A stretch of DNA of 60,273 bases. Source: a virus (lineage: Duplodnaviria > Heunggongvirae > Uroviricota > Caudoviricetes). Shown here in pieces: positions 1 through 10,651 of the stretch. The notes under the pieces were generated by a model, which had not been told where the DNA came from, ran no database searches, and was given only the letters and a program-made list of their open reading frames with translations. The stretch is taken from IMG/VR virus record IMGVR_UViG_2778261541_000006, positions 1-60,273 of that record. One strand, written 5' to 3'. Each line of letters opens with the position of its first letter. The first letter of the stretch is position 1. A program made the position numbers and the translations under genes.

Positions 1-362
1 CCATCAGCAAAAGGGGATGATAAGTTTATCACCACCGACTATTTGCAACAGTGCCTTTTTAACCCAGGGCGTTCAGCCTTTTTGCCGCTCGCCTTGTCCT
101 CAAAAATTAGCTCACATCCTGCGCTTTCAAGGGCATTTCGTTGTAAAGCAGTGTTTTGTTCATTTGTTGATACGCGTACATAGCCAATTAGCATATTTTC
201 TGCTCACCATAGTTATTCATAGCAAGCTGCGGATTTTAATTAACAGAAACCAGTGTGTGTGGAAATCACAAAGTGCATACCGTGCCCCAATGATGTTTTA
301 TTGAAAAGCGGGGTTACTTTAATGTTGATTTAACCATATTTTTTATAACCATCCTTGGAGGC

Positions 363-602
363 GTGCATTCGTTTCTGAATGGGGTTCGTGAAAAACGTTA
401 CGAAGCGTCATGCAGGCAATTGATGGCCGAGTGTATTGCTGCCGTACTTGCAGGCTTTATAGGCATGTATTTCGCGGAATATAAGGGTATGGATGAAAGT
501 CTTCAGAATTGCGTGACTATTATTTGCAGCATCAATAACAGGCTCATTCTTGAAAAGTTACAAAGGATTATCGATTCGTACCTCAGTAGCAATGCCTCTT
601 AA
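363..602 (+). CDS. small hydrophobic protein upstream of lydA, possible holin-like lysis protein
   Basis: 79-aa ORF with a central hydrophobic stretch (AAVLAGFIGMYF), same strand and immediately upstream of the holin gene; assignment by position only. Confidence 0.3.
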   Translation: MHSFLNGVREKRYEASCRQLMAECIAAVLAGFIGMYFAEYKGMDESLQNCVTIICSINNRLILEKLQRIIDSYLSSNAS

Positions 603-669
603 GCAACAAATGACCGGTTGAGAAGTTACTTTGCATACCATTACCTCCTGACAACGTAGGAGGGTACTT

Positions 670-999
670 GTGCTTGACACACAGGAATTAGCTCCAGTTG
701 CTATTGCGCTCCTGCTTTCAGTAATTGGTGGGATAGGCACGTTCCTGATGGATGTCCGAGACGGTCGCCAGTCTGGCAATTTGTTGGGATTGGTTACGGA
801 GATCTTTGTTGCAGTGACAGCTGGCGCGGTGGCGTACCTATTGGGGCAACACGAGGGCTGGGAGTTATCAATTACGTACTTAATGGTAACGATAGCCAGC
901 AATAACGGTCATGAGGTGATTTCAGGGATGAAACGAGTGAATATCGATAGCATTCTGAATGTTCTTACAAGTTTGGTGAAAAAGGGAGGCGGGAAATGA
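670..999 (+). CDS. lydA: holin LydA
   Basis: 109-aa ORF with two hydrophobic TM-like segments, 4-nt overlap with the next ORF; matches my recollection of P1 LydA heading the darA operon. Confidence 0.6.
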   Translation: MLDTQELAPVAIALLLSVIGGIGTFLMDVRDGRQSGNLLGLVTEIFVAVTAGAVAYLLGQHEGWELSITYLMVTIASNNGHEVISGMKRVNIDSILNVLTSLVKKGGGK

Positions 1000-1439
1000 T
1001 TGGCTGGGGTGTATGCGTTCTTGCGTTAGCCTTAGCCGATCGCTATTTGCTAAAACGCAAGGACATCACGCATTTAGAACTTGGTGATGTGGAAATTAAA
1101 CCGGGTTTCATCCGGGTGCCGTTCAAATACCGGTCTAAATTCCCGTTTTTGCGCGGCGCAACGGTCAGATATTGGATCCGCGATGTTCAGAAGCCGACGA
1201 CAGTGATTGAAGGCGAACAACGTTGTCTGACGTCGGCTGAACAGGGCGAAAACAGTGAATGGTTGTACATACCCACTGAATATATGGGTAAAGGAGAGCG
1301 ACTGTGGCATTTCAACGTCATGGTTACGCATGGCGACTCGTTCATTAACCCGTTGTATCGGATTTTCCCTGTTACTCAGCAAATCCGCAGAAGTTACGTA
1401 ATAAATCTCGCACAGGATGTGTCAGATGACGAAAAATAA
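996..1439 (+). CDS. lydB: antiholin LydB
   Basis: 147-aa ORF with N-terminal hydrophobic segment, translationally coupled to lydA; position and size fit P1 LydB. Confidence 0.5.
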   Translation: MIGWGVCVLALALADRYLLKRKDITHLELGDVEIKPGFIRVPFKYRSKFPFLRGATVRYWIRDVQKPTTVIEGEQRCLTSAEQGENSEWLYIPTEYMGKGERLWHFNVMVTHGDSFINPLYRIFPVTQQIRRSYVINLAQDVSDDEK

Positions 1440-2028
1440 GTATGCAACGGTCGATTTTGACCAGGTTAATGAAAAGGGGCTGAAATCCCTTATCGCGGTG
1501 CTCAATAAAACCGGTGTTACGGTAATTGAGGTTGACTCCAGCAACCGCGCAACAACGAAAGATGGCGTTAAAGTTAAAACCGCAAAGCTGGTTCTTAACG
1601 ACGGACAAATTCTTGCCATACAGGTAAACGATACTGGCGATATATCGTCTGTGAAGCTGAATGGAAAAGCTATTCCTAACGCTCAGTCGCCGGATATCAA
1701 GACGCTTGGTACCGTCATGGGACAGGCGGCCCGCAAAAACTCCGCAAAATTCCAGAAATCACTGATCGCCAAAGCGAAGCGTGTTGCCAATCCGGTAGAC
1801 AAGAAACCGGCAGTTAAATCCAACTTTCAGCGCCTGCAAGAAGCAAAACAGCGGAATGCTCAGGTGGTTGCCGCTTATAAGTCCGCGCAGAATTCGGTGT
1901 CTTTCAATCAACAGCAGATCACTGATTTGCGGGCGAAGCTGGATAAGGAGACGGGCCGACTCAATAACGAGAAGGCACGGAATGGCGAACTCAAACGTCG
2001 TCTTAAGCAACTGAAAGCAGGAAATTAA
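1417..2028 (+). CDS. hdf: Hdf, dar-operon protein
   Basis: 203-aa basic/coiled-coil protein directly upstream of darA; size and position match recalled P1 hdf. Confidence 0.5.
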   Translation: MCQMTKNKYATVDFDQVNEKGLKSLIAVLNKTGVTVIEVDSSNRATTKDGVKVKTAKLVLNDGQILAIQVNDTGDISSVKLNGKAIPNAQSPDIKTLGTVMGQAARKNSAKFQKSLIAKAKRVANPVDKKPAVKSNFQRLQEAKQRNAQVVAAYKSAQNSVSFNQQQITDLRAKLDKETGRLNNEKARNGELKRRLKQLKAGN

Positions 2029-2029
2029 C

Positions 2030-3949
2030 ATGGAACAGTTCAATATCAATAAAGGGGTGACGATCAAGCCTGGGCTTGACGTGCTTCCCCCGCCAGTGAC
2101 TGATGATGAATATCGCGCATTAATGGCCGGTGAAGACCGCTATCTGATGACGGAATCCAACACCCTGGAGGAAATCGAGGCTACGTTCTTCTATGACACG
2201 CCGATCCACTGGTGTGCTACGGATTTACTGGAGGCGATTAGTTCTACTCGTTTGCAGTTACACCGGACCATGCATGCATTTGTCCGGGCATTGAACCAGA
2301 AGCTGAATGGTACCGGAATCTCTGCGGGGAGTGATAAAACGGGGGATGTGGCCCAGAGCGGCGCGCGCGCGATCGGCGGCGCTGAAATTGGCCGGGCACG
2401 TAACGTTAACGGGCTGCCAGTCCTGCCAGCCATTATTCCGCTCAGTGATGGTCAGACTATCAGCATTCTGTTTCATAGCCCGACAGCGGAAAACCGGATC
2501 ACCAATAGCGATACGCTGGTTGCTTTCCAGTTCTTACTGAATAAAAAAGACGTTACTCACACCGTTGCTCCGATGAGTGGACGTGATATGACGCTGGCGC
2601 AGGTCACCATGAAACTTGCCAACCTTGCAGAGAAAAACTCGGCAAAATTCCAGCGTGCGCAGAAGAAGAAAAAAGCCCTTGTTGATGAAATAACCCAACT
2701 ACAGATTGACAGTGACCAGAAAGAGGATGCCATGAGCGACCTCGCGGATCAGGTGGCAGCGGTAGAAGGGCAGAAGGCAGATCTGGAGCAGAAAATTAAC
2801 GCTGTTGCATCGGAAGCGGATTCTCTTTATGAAGAGAATGAGCGTTTGCAGGGGGAGATTGATCGGCTCAATCGCACTGGTGGGCGCGATACCATTGCCC
2901 CTGCGGGGATGACTGGTGGGCACTCTCGCGCGCTGACGGATCGCCTTGCCAGTATCAAAAATCGTATGCATATGGACGGGGAAGCGACGCTCAGTAATGG
3001 TGCATCAATGAAGCAATTCATTGGGGATGGCGAAGGGTATATCCAGTTAACCGATCCGGATGGCAGCGTATACATGATCAAGGCTAAATCCATACAGGGT
3101 GTGGACATGGCAGATGCGATCGGCAAGCTGTTTAAAGCCTATAAAGCGGGTAATGTATCGGAATATCTGGTCCAACCAGAAGAACATAAACCGGAAAACG
3201 TCGAACCTGAACCAGCGGAGGATACCGGTAGCTCTTCGCCTGAACCAGAAGTCTCTGTAGGTGCATATCGATATGCCCTGCAAATGCGTCCGGCGGCCCC
3301 TGGCGCAATACCTGAAGGTAACAAAGCAATTCTGCCGCGCCCTGATGAAGGTGACCCGTATTATGAATATGCACGCTACGGCATTGCTACTTACGATACC
3401 CCGCTTTCTGATCAGCAAATGAGTGAGTACGACCTGAAGTTATTGCCTCGCGAGGATTCTTTCGACTTCCTGGCGAAGACACTTACTAATGGTCCGTTTG
3501 GCAAATATGCACAAAAAGCTATGGAGCTGGCCACCAGCTCACCAGACGAGTTCCGCGTAATGCTGAAAACTCAGTTTCAAAAAACTTTCCCCAATATTGC
3601 GTTTCCGGGTGGCGCTGGCACCGAGAAAATGGTGCAGAGCATGATCAATGCATTGCAGGCCGAAGTCGGTGAGATTACTCAGCCAGAACTGGCCCCGGCA
3701 CAGCCTGATGAAACGGTTAGCGAAGCAGATGCAGAGGCTAATAAAGCCATTGAATATCTCAATAACGTGATGGATATGCAAAGCACTGACATGGCGGAGA
3801 TCCGTAACGCCCGGGGCAATGTCCGGGAAGCGATTGCAGCCCTTCAGGCTGCCGGACGTTTTGAGGAAAACGAAGAGCTGGTTAATGGCGCTGCTCGCCA
3901 CCTGGCTGATCTGCTGGTAGCAATCCAGAAAGCGGGGGTAGCGGCATGA
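2030..3949 (+). CDS. darA: DarA antirestriction capsid-internal protein
   Basis: 639-aa ORF, same size as P1 DarA; lies in a lydA-lydB-hdf-darA-ddrA-ddrB arrangement. Confidence 0.65.
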   Translation: MEQFNINKGVTIKPGLDVLPPPVTDDEYRALMAGEDRYLMTESNTLEEIEATFFYDTPIHWCATDLLEAISSTRLQLHRTMHAFVRALNQKLNGTGISAGSDKTGDVAQSGARAIGGAEIGRARNVNGLPVLPAIIPLSDGQTISILFHSPTAENRITNSDTLVAFQFLLNKKDVTHTVAPMSGRDMTLAQVTMKLANLAEKNSAKFQRAQKKKKALVDEITQLQIDSDQKEDAMSDLADQVAAVEGQKADLEQKINAVASEADSLYEENERLQGEIDRLNRTGGRDTIAPAGMTGGHSRALTDRLASIKNRMHMDGEATLSNGASMKQFIGDGEGYIQLTDPDGSVYMIKAKSIQGVDMADAIGKLFKAYKAGNVSEYLVQPEEHKPENVEPEPAEDTGSSSPEPEVSVGAYRYALQMRPAAPGAIPEGNKAILPRPDEGDPYYEYARYGIATYDTPLSDQQMSEYDLKLLPREDSFDFLAKTLTNGPFGKYAQKAMELATSSPDEFRVMLKTQFQKTFPNIAFPGGAGTEKMVQSMINALQAEVGEITQPELAPAQPDETVSEADAEANKAIEYLNNVMDMQSTDMAEIRNARGNVREAIAALQAAGRFEENEELVNGAARHLADLLVAIQKAGVAA

Positions 3950-4311
3950 CACTATCAGCTATTGAGTTAATGGATCTCAGCGATAAGTTGGATGCTCTGA
4001 TGTCCAAAGCGGCTACCGCGAGTGGCATGGAGTTGCTGGATATCAGCGATGAAATTGACCAGATCATGCAACAGATGGGGTACGGCGCGTCCGGCGGCGG
4101 TAGTGGCGAGGAAAAACAACCTTCGGTACATGATGGTGTGCCAAAACTGGTTGCTGATTTCCTGGCTGATAAATTCGTCGATCAGAGCACCGATGCATTT
4201 ATCGGTACGTTGCAGGACTTGAGTCAATATGTTGGCACATACATCGATCTGGACCAGGTTAAACAGCACACGGCGGCATGGATAGCCGCCAACATTAAAG
4301 AGGCAGCATAA
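3946..4311 (+). CDS. ddrA: DdrA
   Basis: 121-aa acidic ORF overlapping darA stop by 4 nt; position matches P1 ddrA. Confidence 0.45.
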   Translation: MTLSAIELMDLSDKLDALMSKAATASGMELLDISDEIDQIMQQMGYGASGGGSGEEKQPSVHDGVPKLVADFLADKFVDQSTDAFIGTLQDLSQYVGTYIDLDQVKQHTAAWIAANIKEAA

Positions 4312-4323
4312 GGCGTAACAGGG

Positions 4324-7311
4324 ATGAGCTTAAGCGATCAGGTGGTGATGGCCACCAGCATAGAAACGCTGATCGAGCTGCTAAAAAACCTGCCCGATTA
4401 CGGGCGGGTTTCGTATGTGGTGACAGCGAAGGGAGACGAGGTAAAAACAGCGTTTGATATCGTCGATGCCTCAGCTCTTTTGGTATCCAATACTCTGGAC
4501 GGGAAAATTAATCCGGACTATCCCCAGGAACTTCAGCCGCGCGACCGGACCCGTGCATCCAGCCTTCTTCAGGTTAACCAGATATCCAAGGATTTGCGGC
4601 CTGCTCAGCTTACCGACTCCGGTTTATCCAGCCATGGAGCGCCGATAATTGGTGAGGACAATGCCGTTGAGTCAGGTAATGGACGGACTATGGGAATCAT
4701 TAAAGCCTATCAGGACGGCAATGCGGATCGGTATCGGGAGTATCTGATTGAACATGCGACCGAATTCGGCATACGGCCTGAAAAGGTTGAATCAATGACG
4801 GCTCCGGTACTGGTGCGCCGCCGGTTAACGAAGGTTGACCGTGTTCAGTTTGCCAAGGACTCAAATATTTCTGATCTCCAGGAAATGGCAGCCAGTGAAA
4901 AGGCTTTTGTTGATGCCGACAGCATAACACCGGCGATGATAGCGTTGTTTAACCCGTCAGAAAGCGGAGATCTGCTTAGCCGCAGTAATGACGCGTTTAT
5001 TCGCGGATTCATGACGCAAGTTGGTGCCACACAGGCTGCTGGCCTTGTAACGGAAGATGGGCGACCAACACGGCAACTTGTAGACCGTATACAAAACGCG
5101 ATCTTTGCCAAGGCATATAAGGATGCGCGCCTGGTAAGGATGGTTGCAGAAGAACCTGATCCGGATATGCGTAATGTTCTGACGGCGCTTAATGCGGCAG
5201 CCAATGATTTTGTCCAGATGCAGGCTTTATCAGGAGAAGCGCACAAGCAGGCTGTGACAACTATTGTTGATGGCATTGAGACAGCGGATAGCCTCGATAA
5301 AAAGGCGCTGGCGGCATTGAAAGATGCGGTAGACCTGGTAAGGCAATCGAAGGAGTCAGGCCAGCATATTACCGATGTTATTGCTCAGGGGGATATGTTC
5401 AGCGAAACGGCCCCGGAAGTGAAAGCACTCGCGTTGTTCATCGTCGCGAATAACCGTAGCGCGAAGCGTATGGCCACCGCCTTTAAGTTGATGGCTCAAC
5501 GTATCAATGATGAGTTACAGCACCAGGGCCAGGCGCTGGGGGATATGTTTGGCGGCGGCGATGTGTCGTTACAGGATATCCTTCGCCAGGTGTCTCAGGA
5601 ACTGGAATACGAAGGCATGCAAGGGATATCCGGCGGTCTTTTCGAGTCCGTTTCCGGCGGTAGTTACAACGGTGTTGCTCCGTATACCAGTTTGCTATTA
5701 CATCGGGCATCCGGCATCAAAGACATTATTCATCTGATCAGGCTGCTTTCCCGCACAGATCCCCAGGATGAACAGCTTGTACAAGTGCTTGCGCATTTTG
5801 TTCGAATGCCTGTTGCCGACGTGAAAAAATGGTGCCGATTATTCGGTATCAGCAATTCGTTACTTCGCGGCTTGTTAAATCACGCATCCTCCCTTGGGCG
5901 CGATGGCTTTGACGAGATAGCGCAGGCGATAAAAAACGGAGATATGCCACCAGCTATTGACTGGTTTTCCATTCGCCCAACCAGGGTGAAAGCATTCCTT
6001 AGCGCGGCGCATTCGGCATCACCATTGGCAGAAATGGTTCAGAGGTTGTCGCTCATATTCACAGACCATACCGCGTTGGGTGATCTGACTCTGGACGAGA
6101 TGAAAGAAGCCTCCATTCAGTGGGCCGATCAACAAAATGAGGTTAACTCAGACTTCTTGCCAGCATTCAGGAAGGCCGTTAGTAAAGCGGATGATGCCCG
6201 TGGAATTCTGAAGGCATTTAAGGCATTGCAAAGTCGTGTTAATAAACATGTCGGTGATATCGATGGGGTAACGGCGGAAGGCCGGGATATCCTTAAAGAG
6301 CACGGCATAACGCCAGAGTTTATTGATGAGATCAGGACTGATATGCAGCGTGAGGTCGTATCGTCCCTGCAAATCGTAGCCAGAGCGTTGGCGGATGCTA
6401 ATCCGAAGAGTGCGGCCATTGTTAACCGGGTTATTGGTGATATTGAAGCATCGGAGGGCATGGGGGCGCTGAAACTCTTCCTTTCGCGAGCGTTTAATCC
6501 TAACGGCAATATTCTCCCTGGCATTATTGGTGAGGCTAAAAAGTATGTCAGTGAAGAAGAACTTGAGCATATTGACCAACTACTTAAGCGATTCTCATAT
6601 AACCCGCAGACACGCTGGCAAATGAATCAGCAAAGTATGGGGTCGGTCTATGAGAAAGTGTTATCTGCCATGAACAGTGCGATCGCAAACTCATCCGTAT
6701 CTGAAGAAAAAGCTCTTGAGTGGGCCGACTCTTTTATCACAGAAGAAGTGGAAGAAGTCCGCGCTGGACAGAATGGTGGGATAGACCTGCGCAAGGAACT
6801 TGCTGATATTTATCGCCTGACCGGCGGGAAAATCTCGACCTTATCAAAGGTAGTTCACCACCAGGGAAGGGCATATGCAAATCTTAATGGTGTTGTTGCT
6901 GTCAATTTGAACGATGAAAATGCAAGTGCACTGTGGCACGAGCTGGGTCATCATCTTGAGTACAGTAACCCTGGTTTGTTAGAGAAAGCCCGGTCATTCC
7001 TGAAGGCCAATGTTGAAGGGGATAAGCCATCTTTCGTCAATATCGGTGGGCGTGGCAAGCCTGAATGGTGCTTCAGATCTCGATTGAGTAATATTTATAT
7101 GGCGAAGGTATACCCGCCAGCCTCAGTAAGTAACACCGGGAAAATTCGGCAGAAATCACCGACTATTTCCAAAACGTCAGCAACGGAAGTATTCTCTATG
7201 GCTCTTCAGTTGTATCATGACAAAGAGGCCGCTGCCGCATCACTGATGAATGGTGACGGATTGCTGGAACTGTTATTAGGTGTGGCAAAGGAGCTAAATA
7301 ATGCAGATTAA
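4324..7311 (+). CDS. ddrB: DdrB
   Basis: 995-aa ORF downstream of ddrA in the dar operon; size matches recalled P1 DdrB. Confidence 0.55.
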   Translation: MSLSDQVVMATSIETLIELLKNLPDYGRVSYVVTAKGDEVKTAFDIVDASALLVSNTLDGKINPDYPQELQPRDRTRASSLLQVNQISKDLRPAQLTDSGLSSHGAPIIGEDNAVESGNGRTMGIIKAYQDGNADRYREYLIEHATEFGIRPEKVESMTAPVLVRRRLTKVDRVQFAKDSNISDLQEMAASEKAFVDADSITPAMIALFNPSESGDLLSRSNDAFIRGFMTQVGATQAAGLVTEDGRPTRQLVDRIQNAIFAKAYKDARLVRMVAEEPDPDMRNVLTALNAAANDFVQMQALSGEAHKQAVTTIVDGIETADSLDKKALAALKDAVDLVRQSKESGQHITDVIAQGDMFSETAPEVKALALFIVANNRSAKRMATAFKLMAQRINDELQHQGQALGDMFGGGDVSLQDILRQVSQELEYEGMQGISGGLFESVSGGSYNGVAPYTSLLLHRASGIKDIIHLIRLLSRTDPQDEQLVQVLAHFVRMPVADVKKWCRLFGISNSLLRGLLNHASSLGRDGFDEIAQAIKNGDMPPAIDWFSIRPTRVKAFLSAAHSASPLAEMVQRLSLIFTDHTALGDLTLDEMKEASIQWADQQNEVNSDFLPAFRKAVSKADDARGILKAFKALQSRVNKHVGDIDGVTAEGRDILKEHGITPEFIDEIRTDMQREVVSSLQIVARALADANPKSAAIVNRVIGDIEASEGMGALKLFLSRAFNPNGNILPGIIGEAKKYVSEEELEHIDQLLKRFSYNPQTRWQMNQQSMGSVYEKVLSAMNSAIANSSVSEEKALEWADSFITEEVEEVRAGQNGGIDLRKELADIYRLTGGKISTLSKVVHHQGRAYANLNGVVAVNLNDENASALWHELGHHLEYSNPGLLEKARSFLKANVEGDKPSFVNIGGRGKPEWCFRSRLSNIYMAKVYPPASVSNTGKIRQKSPTISKTSATEVFSMALQLYHDKEAAAASLMNGDGLLELLLGVAKELNNAD

Positions 7312-7609
7312 AATCGCAGCGCCATTAGGTGGAGATGCCATTATCGAATTTGATGATAATGAAGAAGTTTCCGGGCGTTTAAGCATTATCTCCGGTGACA
7401 TTACCGAGGACATGATCGCTGAAGCCATAGCTGGAGCAAATCCCAATAGCTATATGGGATTCGTTAACACCCTTGATGCTCCCGCAAGTGATGTTCTCCG
7501 AACGCTGCATCTTTACGCTGGCTGGTTTGTTGATTGGCCAGCAGTAGATGGTGGCGATGAGGACGACGACGATGATTTGGGTGATCATGTGGATCAGTTT
7601 GTATATTAG
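7301..7609 (+). CDS. acidic hypothetical protein (iddB-like position)
   Basis: 102-aa ORF overlapping ddrB stop, aspartate-rich C-terminus (DGGDEDDDDDLGD). Confidence 0.35.
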   Translation: MQIKIAAPLGGDAIIEFDDNEEVSGRLSIISGDITEDMIAEAIAGANPNSYMGFVNTLDAPASDVLRTLHLYAGWFVDWPAVDGGDEDDDDDLGDHVDQFVY

Positions 7610-7815
7610 ATACTAACAGATCGTCTATGTGGCTAGAATCGTTCGAGTTTAGCGATTAAACGGAAGTTCTGGTCGATTATGATTAGTGCATATTCATGCA
7701 CAGGCACACAAAATCTGGAGATATTGATCAGCGTTTATGTATAGTTTGTAATATAAAATCGCCTTGAACGGAGTTTGTGCGTTATGAGAATCAATCTTAA
7801 CTCTGGAGTAAGATA

Positions 7816-8184
7816 GTGGACGCTTTGTCTGAGGTTTTCGTTAATAATTGGCTTCCTGGTATCTGCACATTTTTTTTAGGTATCTTTTATTCTAATATTG
7901 TTGAAAAAAAGAAACTTAAACAGAAGTTAAAGAATGATATTCTTGAGATATTCATTCCTGTATTTAACGCCGGAAATGAAATCACCATTGAAATTGCTGA
8001 GAATGCTTACAGGAATATGAATGGTACGTTTCAGTTGTACAAGAGAATATATCCAGGTATGTTCAACAAAGAAGCAGAGCGTGAGCTAGACCGACTACTA
8101 AAAGACGGTTTCCTCATAAATGGAGAGGTTAATAAGCATTACTTTGAACCAACTAATATTGAGAGCCTGATTAAAAGATTATAA
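7816..8184 (+). CDS. hypothetical small protein with N-terminal hydrophobic segment
   Basis: 122-aa ORF in a strongly AT-rich stretch (about 7610-8400); N-terminal hydrophobic helix (WLPGICTFFLGIFYSNIV). Confidence 0.4.
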   Translation: MDALSEVFVNNWLPGICTFFLGIFYSNIVEKKKLKQKLKNDILEIFIPVFNAGNEITIEIAENAYRNMNGTFQLYKRIYPGMFNKEAERELDRLLKDGFLINGEVNKHYFEPTNIESLIKRL

Positions 8185-8390
8185 CTCATTTACCACAGTT
8201 AAAACCCCGCTTCATTGCGGGGTTTGCATCATGCGCCAATAAAAGCTATTTATTCTGCGTCAAGTTGTAACATCTAATCCACTATTATATATCGTTATGT
8301 TTGGCATATAACAGATAATTAAATGAATTATATCCAGATCTAATTTTATGCGGTTCTGGAACCCGGCTGCGTACTATATAATAGAAAAAA

Positions 8391-9746
8391 TCAGAGTCTA
8401 TCAAAAATAGAGCCTTTTCTCGGTACAAATATTTTCTCATACAGTCGAGTAGCGTAATCATCTGTCATGCCTGAAACATAGTCGCAAATGACGCGCATTT
8501 TTTTATCATCACCTTTTGCTTCCTCTTGATTATATTTCTTTCGAGTTTCTGTCGGGAGAAAACGTATTGGGTCATTTGCCAGTACATTGAATAGTTCCAC
8601 AATCAGTTTCTGACCTTTGAACTCTAATAGTTGGACGTTTTCGTGCTGAATAACTTTGTTCCTAACCAGCTCAAAAATGGCTTTACGTAACTCTTCTACC
8701 GCGGCAGGAAGTGCCACTTTATAGCGTAAAATTTTACTTTTGAAATCAGAGTTCTGCACTTCAAGCTTAACGCTAGTGATCATCAGATGAACAAGTGTCC
8801 CTATGCACTCCTTGCGTAGATAACTTTCGCCGAACAGTTTTTCAGCTACATCATCGGCTTTTAGATTAAACGAGTCGCATTGGCAAGCTGCAAATAAATG
8901 GGATTTGTCCTCGAAGTGCTCCTCCCACATTTTTTTGTCGATCATCTTCAGAGAAATTGCGTCTTCAAGATCATGGAGTGAGTAGGATATCTCATCAGCC
9001 AAGTCCATAATCGTTGTATCCAGTGCTTTATATATTGTTTCCTTGTGCTTATTCAACGCGGTAGTTTTTACCGTTTTGAATAACTTAACATCATCACTAT
9101 CAAAAGGTTGGAGTGCGAATCTAACAGTGTTCTCCTCAGAGTCCAGGTAACATTTCGGGGGCTTAAATTCGGATGATTTAAACAACCACTCATTGCTTCT
9201 TGGCTGTAACTGGCTGTAAGCCCTCTCATTGACGACCTCTGAATAGCTTGCTGGATATTTCAGTACGCCTAAAATAAGTCTACGGGTGGGATCCAGCCCA
9301 TTGGTTTCGGTGTACTTATCCAGTTTGGAGAGTATACGCAGTGTCTGCCCGTTACCTTCAAAGCCGCCATAGGATCTCATGCAGTAGTTTAGTGCGACCT
9401 CACCACCATGACCGAAGGGGGGATGTCCTATATCATGAGCAAGGCAGATAGCCTGCATCAGGCTTGGGTCAGGTAAGAATTTACCCCCCTCATCTGTATC
9501 GCGCTTAGACAACTGAGACAAGATACCGCCGCCAATTTGCGCTACTTCCATAGAGTGAGTTAGCCGCGTACGGTAGAAATCGCTTTCGCCCAATCCCAAC
9601 ACCTGCGTCTTCGATTGTAATCTCCTAAAAGCGGAAGAGTGGATTAACCGGGAAAGATCACGTTCATACTCCGACCTTATCTCATTCGGGCGGGTGGTAT
9701 TGTACCCTTGACGCTCATACCAAGTATTTTCTTTGCAGTGTGTCAT
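8391..9746 (-). CDS. dGTP triphosphohydrolase-like HD-domain protein (Dgt family)
   Basis: Translation has the HD phosphohydrolase signature (RLTHSMEVAQIGG ... LAHDIGHPPFGHGGE) and an N-terminal RLIHSSAFRRLQSKTQV motif typical of Dgt-like dGTPases; start placed at Met34 of the track ORF (8391..9845), which has an AAAGGA RBS. Confidence 0.7.
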   Translation of the reverse strand: MTHCKENTWYERQGYNTTRPNEIRSEYERDLSRLIHSSAFRRLQSKTQVLGLGESDFYRTRLTHSMEVAQIGGGILSQLSKRDTDEGGKFLPDPSLMQAICLAHDIGHPPFGHGGEVALNYCMRSYGGFEGNGQTLRILSKLDKYTETNGLDPTRRLILGVLKYPASYSEVVNERAYSQLQPRSNEWLFKSSEFKPPKCYLDSEENTVRFALQPFDSDDVKLFKTVKTTALNKHKETIYKALDTTIMDLADEISYSLHDLEDAISLKMIDKKMWEEHFEDKSHLFAACQCDSFNLKADDVAEKLFGESYLRKECIGTLVHLMITSVKLEVQNSDFKSKILRYKVALPAAVEELRKAIFELVRNKVIQHENVQLLEFKGQKLIVELFNVLANDPIRFLPTETRKKYNQEEAKGDDKKMRVICDYVSGMTDDYATRLYEKIFVPRKGSIFDRL

Positions 9747-9924
9747 ACGTGTTCCTTTGGGCAGGATAGAGCAAGTCGCCTGCTTAATTGCTGAAGAAAG
9801 AAATACAAATTTGTAACGCTGTGGATCTTCTTTATGCGTCCACAATCAGTAAATATTGGATACTTGCAAGGTGCGCGAAACACTAAAGATTGTCAATTAA
9901 TAATTAACACCTCTTATAGTTACT

Positions 9925-9955
9925 AGAAATAAAAATCCCCTGTATTAACAGGGGC
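9925..9955 (-). terminator. rho-independent terminator downstream of ssb
   Basis: On the minus strand: hairpin CCCCTGTTAATACAGGGG followed by a T-rich run; lies between ssb and the dGTPase gene. Confidence 0.4.
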
Positions 9956-9994
9956 CTGTGTATGAACTATTTACAAATAACTCACAAGTTAACT

Positions 9995-10483
9995 CTAAAA
10001 CGGAATATCGTCGTCAAAGTCCATTGGAGGTTCGTTATTGGCGCTGCTCTGAGGTTTGCCGCCACCGCTGTATTGCTGGTGGTTTTGAGGTTGGTTTGAT
10101 TGCCCCCAGCCATTTGAGGACTGTGAATCGTCGCGGCGGGCGCCGATCATTTGCATAGTTCCGCCCTGGCTGACGATAATTTCCGTCGTGTAACGTTCTA
10201 CACCGGCGTCATCTGTCCACTTACGGGTTTTAAGTTTCCCTTCGATGTAGACCTGAGAACCTTTTCGTAAATACTCACTCGCAATTTCAGCAAGTTTCCC
10301 GAACAAAACGACTCTATGCCATTCTGTTTGCTCTTTCTGTTGGCCCGTTTGCTTGTCGCGCCATGATTCATTTGTTGCGATGCTTAGTCTTCCGACCGCT
10401 CCGCCATTTGGTATATACCTGATATCTGGGTCTTGCCCCAGGGTACCAATCAGGATGACTTTGTTTACACCGCGTTGTGCCAC
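9995..10483 (-). CDS. ssb: single-stranded DNA-binding protein
   Basis: Strong identity to the bacterial SSB fold ([16 protein letters not shown] ... acidic tail [11 protein letters not shown]); probable GTG start giving MAQRGVNKV, the track ORF extends to 10504. Confidence 0.85.
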   Translation of the reverse strand: MAQRGVNKVILIGTLGQDPDIRYIPNGGAVGRLSIATNESWRDKQTGQQKEQTEWHRVVLFGKLAEIASEYLRKGSQVYIEGKLKTRKWTDDAGVERYTTEIIVSQGGTMQMIGARRDDSQSSNGWGQSNQPQNHQQYSGGGKPQSSANNEPPMDFDDDIPF

Positions 10484-10651
10484 TTTTCTTACCCAATAAA
10501 ACAAATTAATTAGAGCAATAATGTATATCTTTGAAACGTAGCTAACAAGTGATTTGCATTATCCTGTGCCTTCTAAAGGGATCGAGTCAGTCGGTATTGG
10601 CTGTGAATGGGTGTTTGTCCTGGAGCGTAAAAATTCGCTTATGAGGTCTTT

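Noticed and set aside
17-304. 95-aa ORF at the window edge, considered as part of the Cin invertase or a cix site
   Set aside because: Translation shows no serine-recombinase motifs and the nearby TTATCACCACC sequence does not match the cix/gix consensus well enough; left unannotated.
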